Shown here piece after piece: positions 20,980-30,048 of a stretch of 43,365 nucleotides of DNA. Origin of the DNA: a bacterium (GTDB taxonomy: Bacteria; Patescibacteriota; Gracilibacteria; Absconditabacterales; Absconditicoccaceae); contig JBHAST010000058.1 of the NCBI GenBank assembly GCA_041831495.1, positions 1 to 43,365 on the forward strand, written 5' to 3'. Both the position numbers and the translations under genes were made by a program. The notes under the pieces were generated by a model. That model made no database searches. It saw only the letters and a list, made by a program, of their open reading frames with translations, and was not told the origin of the DNA. How positions within the stretch are numbered: position 1 is the stretch's first letter; each line of letters opens with the position of its first letter.

Positions 20980-21594
20980 TTATTGAGCCAAAGTAAAGTG
21001 AACACTTTCATTTCAAGAAACAAATTCTGAACTCATCACTCAGTCAGCCTCTTTTTTTTCAATACTCAATAGAAGCGCTTCTCCTTTGAGAAATTCATCA
21101 AATTCCTCCAAAATTGCGGTCAGATTTTCGCTTTCAGTGCTATAGGTTAGCTTTACCTTTTGCTCCACGGCAAAATCAGCATCTTTTCTCATCTGATTAA
21201 GGAAACGAGAAATCTCCCTTGCTACCCCTTCTCTCTCAAGTTCTGGAGTTAAATTCAAATCAAGTTCCGCGATCATATTTCCCTCTACTGCAATATTGTC
21301 CGCATCTAGTCCCTCATACGCCACTTCGTAATCCTCAGCACTCAAAATCCAGCTTCACCCCTGCGGAGAAAAAACTTCAATCTGTCTGTTTTCAAGTTCT
21401 CTGATATTTCCTTGCTTTCCATTAGCGATAATTTGTCCTGTATCTTTCCCAAATTTCGCAGAAAGTTGGCTTCCAAGGGGTTTAAAAACTTTTACCAAAG
21501 GTTTTTCGGAATGGAAAGATCAGATTTCTTTTACATTTACTTCTTCTTTGATGATTTCGCCATATTTTTCCAAAAGTTGTTGTTCGTTGAGCAT
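20980..21594 (-). CDS. Free-standing homologue of the C-terminal domain of type-2 isoleucyl-tRNA synthetase (204 aa)
   Basis: ...EEVNVKEI...FKPLGSQLSAKFGKDTGQI...LDLNLTPELEREGVAREISRFLNQMRKDADF.. matches the IleRS C-terminal junction/anticodon-contact region. ATG 21592-21594 is preceded in frame by TAG TAG. The upstream 164 bp is non-coding and leads to the divergent tilS gene. Confidence 0.7.
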
Positions 21595-21758
21595 TGTTCT
21601 CTACTAAAAAGGGTAAAATTAAATTTCCTAAAAAATATTAAACCTGACCTTATCATAGTAAATCCCCCTCTGAATGCAAGATTTCTTTCGGCAGATTTCC
21701 TCTTTACAATCAAGGAGGATTTGACTATACTCTCTCCATTTATCAGAAGAACGTTGTA

Positions 21759-23033
21759 ATGCTCACTCGTTTCCAAGCATTTCCATCGCTTCATCAGAAT
21801 TTTCCTCAGCTCTTTACGCTCCTTGAGCAACTTTTTCCGATAGAGCAGAAGCTTGCAATTGGGCTTTCTGGGGGGAGCGATAGTATGTTTCTGAGTGCGG
21901 TGCTTGCAAGTTTTTGGCAGGAGAAACAATGGAATCCTGATCAGCTTTTTTTCTTGCATTGCAATCATCAGATCAGAGAAGAAAGCAAAGCAGAAGCTGA
22001 ATTTCTCCAAGCGTTTTTCCAAGATTGGCAGCTCAAAATCTTCACAAGAGAAGAAAGCTGAATCGCGAGCGAGGAATCCTTGAGAAACTGGAGATATGCT
22101 TGTTTCAGGGAGTTTTGTGAGAAAAGGGGGATTAGTCTGCTTTCGCTCGGTCATCATCTCAATGATAAGATTGAAACTTCCATGATGAATTTGATTCGTG
22201 GTTGCTGATTGCAGGGCTTTCTCAATATGCAGGTTCAGAGTTCACATGCTTTAGTTCCTCAAATGCAGGTTCTTAGACCACTTCTGAGGCTGAGCAAACA
22301 GGAGATTGAGCAAGCTTGCTTGGCGCTTGAGCTTCCTTTTGTTGAGGATCAGAGCAATTTTGAGAGCGAAACCAGCCTGAGAAATAAACTCAGAAATGAA
22401 ATTCTCCAGCCACTTAGCCAGCTAGGAAACCAAAAATCGGGAAAATCCAGCTTTTTTGAGAGCCGAAAGCTTATCTATCAGCAGCTAGAAGCCCAAAAAC
22501 AAGAAGACTGAAGCAAACGACTTTCTCCACTCAGAAAAAGCCCTTACCGGAATGCAGAGCAAGCTTTTGAACGAACGCTTCCTAGGACTTTGATCAGTAG
22601 CATGAGTTTGTATGGGCTTTTTCAGCTTTTAGAGATTGATGCGAAAAAAAACGAGCTTGCTTCTATTGTAGATCGGCTCCAAAAAGGAAGCGATGGCTTT
22701 CGTGAACTCGGGAAATGGACGATTTTTTTGGCACATCAGCAAATTTTTCTGATCAAAGGGAAAGCGAGATTCCGAGAAAAAGAACTCCAGCTTGAAAAAA
22801 CAATCACTCAAAGCGGAATTCAGACTTTTGGAGCTTTCCAGTTAGAAACTCCAGAATTCCTCATCGGAGCAAGGCTGAGATTTCCAAAAGCAGGCGATCA
22901 TTACCAAGGAAAACTCCTCAGCAAATGGGCATTAAACCACAAAATCCCTGTTTTCCGAAGAAACGCACTTCCTCTTGCAGAAAAAGAGGGAAAGCTTATA
23001 CTCGTTTTCAGTCCACAGCAGCTTATCTTTTAA
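21759..23033 (+). CDS. tilS: tRNA(Ile)-lysidine synthase TilS (424 aa)
   Basis: The PP-loop is IGLSGGSDS, followed by LGHHLNDKIETSMMNLIRG. Track pieces 21759-22061, 22209-22511 and 22590-23033 are in one frame joined by TGA. Confidence 0.9.
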
Positions 23034-23048
23034 CTCAACACTTTCAGC

Positions 23049-23582
23049 ATGGAACAGATCATCGTATATTGGGGATATTTTCTAAAAGGAATCGCTTTCT
23101 TCCAATCACAGTTTCAGGAGCTTACTGGCTTGTCCGAGGGGCTTGCTCGCTTAGTTTTCTGGTTAATCATCGGTTATTTTCTGATTTTTTTTCTTGTAAT
23201 CCCTTTGCAGAGAATGCTCAAAAAGAGAAAAATCAGACTTCAGCAGACGTTGGTAGAGCAGGTTGATGAGATGATTTACCTTCTCGCAAAAGCTCAGCAC
23301 TACAAGCAGCTTGATCTCAAAGCCCTTGGTGGAAATCCGAATATTGCGCTTATGAAGAGTATTTTTACAAAGGGGAACTGCGATTATATTCAGAGTGCCT
23401 TCCTTATCCTTGATAATATGCACAAAGTAGAAACCCTCCTAGGAAACAAGGTCGTTCCTGTAGAAAAAGAATCGGTTTTCTTGAAAGGAATCAGGCGCTA
23501 CAAGAGCATCAGCTTTTTTGAGGCGTTTCTGAGAGGGATCGCTGTCCTTGCAACGCTAGGAATTTACGCAGGATTGGAGTAA
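23049..23582 (+). CDS. Hypothetical membrane protein (177 aa)
   Basis: Intact ORF with hydrophobic helices (LVFWLIIGYFLIFFLVIPL; GIAVLATLGIYAGL). Confidence 0.65.
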   Translation: MEQIIVYWGYFLKGIAFFQSQFQELTGLSEGLARLVFWLIIGYFLIFFLVIPLQRMLKKRKIRLQQTLVEQVDEMIYLLAKAQHYKQLDLKALGGNPNIALMKSIFTKGNCDYIQSAFLILDNMHKVETLLGNKVVPVEKESVFLKGIRRYKSISFFEAFLRGIAVLATLGIYAGLE

Positions 23583-23616
23583 AAATTCTTGATATATAAA
23601 ATCTAAATTTGTCAAG

Positions 23617-23647
23617 CTCAATGGCTTTGTGGCTGTTGAGTTTTTTT
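23617..23647 (+). terminator. Rho-independent terminator
   Basis: 9-bp stem CTCAATGGC/GGCTGTTGAG (two G.U pairs) followed by TTTTTTT. Confidence 0.6.
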
Positions 23648-23674
23648 GTAAATTTTAAATTTTTAGACTATACT
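23646..23674 (+). promoter_or_regulatory. Sigma-70-like promoter (TTGTAA, 17 nt, TATACT)
   Basis: -35 at 23646-23651 and -10 at 23669-23674, upstream of ATG 23736. Confidence 0.4.
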
Positions 23675-23735
23675 TAAGTGATGAACAAAGCAGAAAAAAC
23701 TGACTTCAGTCTTTTAGTTTATTCCAGACCTTACG

Positions 23736-24416
23736 ATGAAAGTTCACGAAAAAAATCACATCCCTTTAGTCCAGATCAAAGAGCTAACCTGGGGCTATTT
23801 AGATAGTAAAAAAGTTCTCTTTAAAAAATTCAACTTTGAACTCGAGAAGGGGGATTTTACCGTTATCACAGGAAAGTCTGGGACGGGGAAATCTACGCTC
23901 GTAAAGTTCCTGATCGGGCAGATCAAACCTTACAAAAAAACACTCTACTACAAGATGGAAGATATGTCAGAGTTTTCAGATGCGGAAATCCAGAGATATA
24001 GGAGAAAGATTGGGATTATTTTTCAGGATTATCAGCTTATCAACAGCCTCTCTCCAAAAGAAAATGTGATCTATCCTCTAGTTTTGGAGGGCGTTCCGCT
24101 AACTGAAATCAAGAAAAAGTATGATGCCGTCAATACGTTGCTCGATATTTCTAGTATCGAAACCAGGGAAATCAAAAAGCTCAGCTGAGGAGAAAAGCAA
24201 AAGATTGCGATGGCGAGAGCGATTATCCACGCTCCAGATTTCATCATTGCCGATGAACCGACAGGAAACCTTGATCAAGAAAGCTCGCTTCAGATCGCGG
24301 ATATCCTTATTAAAGCCAATCAAATTGGAAACACGATCGTGCTTATTACTCATGATACTGCATTGCTTGAGTATCTCAAAAAGAATACCAAGGTAAAAAC
24401 CATCACCCTTGGCTAG
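23736..24416 (+). CDS. ABC-transporter ATP-binding protein, FtsE-like (226 aa)
   Basis: Walker A is GKSGTGKST. The signature is LS[TGA]GEKQ, i.e. LSGGEKQ (TGA at 24186-24188). Walker B is FIIADEPTGNLD and the H-loop is ITHD. Confidence 0.85.
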
Positions 24417-24455
24417 TTCAGACTTCCTTTTTTTACAGCTAACTTGCTTATCATA

Positions 24456-24944
24456 ATGACGAAAACTCAGCAACTTTTAGCGCAGATTAGCGAGCAGATC
24501 AATGCCCTTGAGATCGCGTGATATATCAAGGAAGAGGTGCTTGCTTCTCTCAAATACCTGCATTGGTATAAACTCCAAAATATCCAGAAAAATCTGACCC
24601 TTTTTTGCGAATATCTTGAATATCTCAATCTCCAAAATACCGATAAAATCAGCCAGCTCGGCACCAACACTTCAAAAACACCGAGCGAAGAGAAAAGGGA
24701 ACTGAGTTATTTCCTCGTTCCAGAAAAAAAACTGAGCAAGAAATCCGAACAATCCTTCCTCCAAAAGATTGCTGCCAATGGCTACGAGCTTTTAACGCTG
24801 ATCCAAGGCGTGAAAGGGATTCTCGTGCTGAGTATTGATGAGTTTTGTAATGCTTCTCAGACAAGAATGGGGATCCACCAGCTTCTGATGGAAAGAGAAA
24901 CGGATTACAAAAAAGTCATAAAAAAAAGAAAAGCTGACTCGTAG
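24456..24944 (+). CDS. Hypothetical soluble protein (162 aa)
   Basis: ATG 24456, one in-frame TGA, joins track piece 24537..24944. It has no TM helices, so it is not an FtsX permease. Confidence 0.6.
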
Positions 24945-25018
24945 TGGTCAGTTTTTTTCTATTTGAAATAAGGAGGAGGAATCGTTATACTTCTGCTCTT
25001 TATGATGGTTTTTCCCTA

Positions 25019-26260
25019 ATGTCATCTCCTGATTTCCTCCTTTCCTCCTATGATTATCTACTTCCTGAATCTTGTATCGCTCAGGAGCCTGCTCATCCTG
25101 CTCATAATGCAAAAATGATGGTTGCAATCCCTGATAAGCAGGGGGATTTTGAACTTCAGGATCAGCATTTTCTTGATTTGGCAGCGCAGCTTGATGAGAA
25201 CTATCTGCTTTTCCTCAATAGTACCAAGGTTTTTAAGGCAAGAATTCCGCTTCACAATACCAAAATCATCAGAAAAAGTGGAAAGGAAGTGCTGCTCGCC
25301 TCAGGTGAGATTTTTATTTATCAGCTGCGTTCCGAAAGTCAGTTTGAATGCCTTGTTTCTGATAGTAAAAACTTCAAACCCTGAAGCCAGATCTTTTTTG
25401 AAGAGGGGATTGTGTTCAAGAGTCTGGCTTTCACGGAAAATGGGCTTCTGTTCGAGATTATTGATCTGAAGCGTACTGATGGAAAGGCTCAGCTTTTTGA
25501 TTTTTTAGAGAAGCGGGGAGAAATGCCTTTGCCGCCTTACATTCGCTATGAAAAAGAGAAAGAACAGCGGTATCAAACCTTTTTTGCGGAAAAGGTCGGT
25601 TCTGCTGCAGCTCCTACGGCTTCATTGCATTTTACTCCAGAGCTTGTGAGGCGTTTAGCGTCCAAAAATGTCGGATTTCAGTACTGCTGTTTGCATGTGG
25701 GGCTGGGGACGTTTAAGCCGCTTTATGAAGAAAATATTGCTGATCAGAAGCTCCATTTTGAGCCGATGCTGATTGATCCCCAGATTCGAAAGCTGATCGC
25801 TGATGCCAAGCAAGCTGGAAAAATCTTCCTGCCCGTTGGGACGACAATGATCAGGTATTTGGAGTCTTTACCGTATATTTGGAGATTCCTCAAAAAGAAA
25901 AATCTGATTTCATCTCTTGATCCTGCTACGCAAGCACGACGAAATGATCTAAGCTCCCCAATTTCCGAAGAGTTGATAGCTGAGTTTATTCCTGAAACTT
26001 ACTCAAATGTATCTGATTCTGCAATTTTAGCACCTGGGTGATACCTCATTCAAACCAGGCTTTTTATCAGACCGTGAATTCCTTTTTATTTGACTGATGA
26101 GCTGATTACAAACTTTCATCTACCAAAATCTTCGCTTATGATGCTGATTTCCGCTTTTATGGGAAGAAAAAACCTCTTGAAATGCTATCAAGAGGCGATC
26201 TGAAAAGGCTATCAGTTTTATAGTTTTTGAGATGGAATGCGAGTAAGAAGAAAGGCTTAG
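25019..26260 (+). CDS. queA: S-adenosylmethionine:tRNA ribosyltransferase-isomerase QueA (413 aa)
   Basis: [65 protein letters not shown] and YQFYSF[TGA]DGM. Track pieces 24944-25384 and 25412-26041 plus a tail are joined by TGA. Confidence 0.9.
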
Positions 26261-26261
26261 T

Positions 26262-26666
26262 TTAGTTGCTTTCTTCAAGCGTTTTCCCAATTTGAGTTTT
26301 TGTAGCTTGTTTTGCTTGCTTGACTTCCATTTGCTCAAGAAATACGGCTTTCTGTTCATTCAGGTAGTCTTGGGTTTTTTGCAAAATATCCATTTTTTTT
26401 CAGTATAAATGACCAAAGGTCCGCCCCCCATTTGATAGATTAACATTCAATTCTCAAAGGACATTACCTGATTCTTCACATAAGAGAGCGCTTCTATTTG
26501 ATGGTTCTGTTGGGTCAAATGGTATTAAAGAAATATCATAGTCTTTATCCGCTATAGAAAACTTTACGGTTTTCCCATCAACAAAATCTCTCCATTGTTC
26601 GGGATTGAATGCGGGAAATCAAGTATTTACTTCCTTTTCTGGAGTTCTATTAACATGTGTTTTCAT
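26262..26666 (-). CDS. Hypothetical protein (134 aa), last gene of the minus-strand operon
   Basis: Hand translation from ATG 26664-26666 to TAA 26262-26264 is open with three TGA read as sense. It lies 24 nt downstream of the preceding gene. Confidence 0.5.
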
Positions 26667-26690
26667 CTCTACTTCTATAAGAAATAAAAT

Positions 26691-27194
26691 TTATTTTGCC
26701 TCAATAAAGGTTCTCCTTTTGAGTGTGCTGGAACTTGTAGGCTCTCCCGCTGCTGCTTTTCTTCCTCTCCCTCTATAGGTTTTGAGTTTATCTTTCTTGG
26801 TAAGGGCATCATCAATTTCGTTTTCAAGGTTTTCGATCGTTTTTTTGAGTTCTTGAACTCTTTCCCATTCTACTTGATAGCCTTTCGTATCTCCACTCGC
26901 TTGCAAGGCAATCAGCTTTTTTTGTCTTTTTTCATAGTCATCAAAATACTCGTTGTAGATCGCTAGCATTTCCTGTATTTTCGCATCATTTTTTTCAATG
27001 AGCTGTTCAGTTTTCCCACTCTTAAAATCACCTTTTGCAGTCTTATTTCGTGATCCTGTTGTCGGTTGGCTATTACAACTGCTTGCTGAAAGGGTGATAA
27101 AAGCCGCTGTGGCTGTAGCGAGGCTCAGTTGTTTTGCTCTATTTTTTGCTTCTTTAAGCTGTGCTCCGATTTCTTTAAAGTTGAGAGTAGTCAT
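26691..27194 (-). CDS. Putative lipoprotein or membrane-anchored coiled-coil protein (167 aa)
   Basis: Intact ORF. The N-terminal hydrophobic stretch ends in a LSASSC lipobox-like motif, followed by a heptad-rich segment (IQEMLAIYNEYFDDYEKRQKKLIAL...IENLENEIDDAL). Confidence 0.65.
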   Translation of the reverse strand: MTTLNFKEIGAQLKEAKNRAKQLSLATATAAFITLSASSCNSQPTTGSRNKTAKGDFKSGKTEQLIEKNDAKIQEMLAIYNEYFDDYEKRQKKLIALQASGDTKGYQVEWERVQELKKTIENLENEIDDALTKKDKLKTYRGRGRKAAAGEPTSSSTLKRRTFIEAK

Positions 27195-27227
27195 TGTTTA
27201 TGCTTTTACAAGATAAAAAATCTGATA

Positions 27228-29849
27228 TTACTGGGTAGGGTGTTCCTGTTTCCAAAGTGCATTGAGATATTTTACAAAGAATCTTCTATTTTGTTCAGCT
27301 TCTATAGTAGGAAACTTTCTATCCATAGTACTCAGGATTGGAATTCTATCGCTGAGGATCGTTATTTCTGTTCCATTATTGTGTTTGAAGATAATGTTTT
27401 GAAAGATACGATCATATCGTGTTGAAGATAATGAGAACGGGTAATTTTCATCGTTCTGTTTTTGTAAATCTGGAGTCTCTCATCGTGTGTTGTGATCATT
27501 CTTCAACATGCTCACTAAGAGCCCTATATGCAATAATTCTTCGGCAGATCCAATAGGGATTTCATTTCCCGTAGCATCAACAAAGCCCTCAAGGCGTTTC
27601 TGTTTCATATTGAGTTTGATCTCTTGACCGTAGGCTTTCAGGGTGATACTTTCGGTGTCATTAACTTCAAGTCCTAGCTGCTCAATGTTTGCTTTCCCAG
27701 CCATAGTTTTATAGGTCTTGTAGAGTGTGAGTTTTTCGCTATCAGGGAGCCCAAGCTTTTGAATATTTTGAAAAGTCTCATCATGAGGCAAGAGTAATCC
27801 TTCTTCTTGCATTTTCTTAAAATCACTCTTGCTGAGTTGCTTGTTCGTAAAGATTCTCTGTTCTAATTCCTGTCTTTTCTCCTCATTTACGGTGAGTTGA
27901 TATTGAGTACAGTAATTTTCAAGTTGTTTGAAAGCTTCAGAATCCTGATAAAGTCTTTCATTTAGGTTATTTTGTGCAGAACTTGGATTTGCAAGGTCTT
28001 CTGCTTTGAGTTGCATTTTCTCAATCTCTTGTTGAAAGCGTTTTTCATTGCCTTGGTTGTTGATGATGCTTTCTAGGGCAGCAAGCTGACTTTTGAGAAT
28101 GGATTCAGTTTTCCTATCTTGATTTGCCTTTGCTTTTTCTAGTTCTCAAGTATAGTAGTCTTTTAGTTTTCCTGTATCAATATGAGTAATATTTCCCATT
28201 GCTGGAGAGCTACACTGTGCTAAAGTGCTAAATGGTACACCCAAAAGCACAAATTGAAGCATACTTTGGTTGACAGCAATCTTTTCAATTCCTGTGGCTT
28301 GGTCAAATGCTTTACTATTCCAAGGCGCAACTCCTGTTCTTCGGAAAGTATTGATATTTTCTAATAATCACTTTCCTGTTGCTGCTTGAGAAGCATAGTT
28401 TGCAAGCATTGGAAGTCCAATCGCAGCAGCAATTTTTCCAAGTGAAAAGCCAAATTTTCATTCCTTGTTTGTAAAAAGCCATTTTCCTACAAGAATCGCT
28501 GCTCCAATCATTCCAACCGTTGTAAGCGTATTGACTGCATTTCTCGCTTGTCCATGAGACATTTTTGTATTTTTATCAAGCCACTTTTCTGCGATGTTTG
28601 CATAGCCTCCACAGGTTTGAAAATAGGTATTAACCGGAACAAAGTTTTTATTAAAGTCTTTTTGAAGCAATGCTTGATTATAGATTTCAATTGGTTTCCC
28701 TTGATAGGAGAGTGTGGTTTTTGCTCCAGATTTAATTTTATTTTTGTTTTTGTAGAGATCAATGATCAGCGGGTTTTGTTCAAGAAAAGCGATTGGAGTA
28801 TTGATATAAATGCCCTGTTCTAAGGCTTGAGCGATTTGTCAAAGTACACTTGCCTTTCGTAGTTTGTAATTATTGCTATTTTGCTCATTAAGGAGTTTTT
28901 CGTAAGATGTAAGCAGTTTATCAAGTTCTTTTCCAGATTTTTTTTCTGCTTTTAATCTTTTTTCTATTCTTTTTCTTGCTGCCTTAATACTAGCAGGATC
29001 CAAAAGATCTTCTCTAGTGAGGTAATCTTGATATTTCTTAGGAATCTGAAGAGAGAGTGCTTGAGGAGGGGCGACTAAGCTATCAATCCTATCTAATTCA
29101 CGCAACTGTTCAGCGGTAAGGAAAATGTTCCCTTTCTCGTCAGGCTTAATCGTTTTTGAAAGTTTTTCCAAACGCTTCGTAACTTCTTGTGCTTTTTGGT
29201 CAAGAGTAAGTTCTGCTTTTTGTTCGTGAGTTTCAGATTTCTCTTCTGATGAAGTCTGAGGCGTTGTGCTTTTCGTTTCTGGGACTTGTTCCTGAGTCAT
29301 GGTATTTGAGATTTGTTCGTTTGTTTCTGAGACCTGTTCTTGAGTGATAGTCTTTGAGCTTTCGTCCTTTGTTTTTTCCTGAAGGTTTCAACTACTAGGA
29401 GCTTGTGCTAATTGTTTTTTTATGCTAAGAATGATGCGATCTTGCTCTGGAGTCGTAGTAAATTTCTCCTCAAGAAGAAGTTGTTCTGCAGTTTTTCAAG
29501 CTCCATTTTCTTTGATTCGTTGCTGAAAGTTGGGATTATCTGGATTTTTCCCTTCAAAATTATACCTTTTAGAGAGTTCAATACCTGTTTTTTGAAAGAG
29601 CGCTTCCTGTTCTGGGGTAAAGCTAAAGTTTTGTTCAGTTAGTAGTTTTTCTGCTTTGTCATAATGTTCCTTTCAAAAAAGATTTTCAATAAAAGATTTC
29701 CTGAGCGCTTTCATATCAATGCGATTTACCTGTTCAGAAAACTTATCAAGAGGTTTTTCTGCAATTTTTTCTCAGAGTTGCTTTACTTCCATGCTTGATA
29801 GTGAAGGAGCTTGCTGCTCGGTTTCTTTTTTGATTTCAACGATATTCAT
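27228..29849 (-). CDS. Large uncharacterised membrane protein 'D' (873 aa): coiled-coil/STQ-rich N-terminus, Gly/Ala-rich TM pair, helical C-terminus
   Basis: Track pieces 28839-29300, 28458-28670 and 27480-28016 share a frame. All gaps were translated codon by codon and contain only TGA. The upstream in-frame stop is at 29934-29936, the first ATG at 29847-29849, and TAA at 27228-27230. The TM candidates are TTVGMIGAAILVGKWLF and FGFSLGKIAAAIGLPMLANYA. Confidence 0.8.
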
Positions 29850-29884
29850 CAGTTTTTCTCTAAGAGATAAAATTCCCTGCCTCA

Positions 29885-29913
29885 AGTATATCCAGAAAAC
29901 TGAAAAATGTCAA
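29885..29913 (-). promoter_or_regulatory. Near-consensus sigma-70 promoter for gene D (TTGACA, 17 nt, TATACT)
   Basis: On the minus strand: TTGACA (29908-29913), exactly 17 nt, then TATACT (29885-29890). This sits about 36 nt upstream of ATG 29849. Confidence 0.55.
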
Positions 29914-30048
29914 AAAAAATCAGACTTTTTTATTTATACTATGTATATCACAAATTTGAAATATGCAAAGCCCATTCGTAAGCTCAGATAAAAAATGCTG
30001 AGCTTTTTCGTTCCATTTGAGTATACTTAGAGCTGTTTATTTCTCGTG

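Noticed and set aside
21537-22157. 206-aa minus-strand ORF
   Set aside because: It is antisense to tilS, which has PP-loop and HHLND motifs on the plus strand, and overlaps the IleRS-C start region. Its composition is low-complexity K/F/L-rich. It is a shadow ORF.
25490-25570. CGG as a second reassigned codon (to Trp)
   Set aside because: Only a few in-frame CGG codons fall in alignable positions. In Que[15 protein letters not shown] is a usually hydrophobic position, while EQ-CGG-YQT is R or L in homologues. The evidence is ambiguous, so no claim is made.
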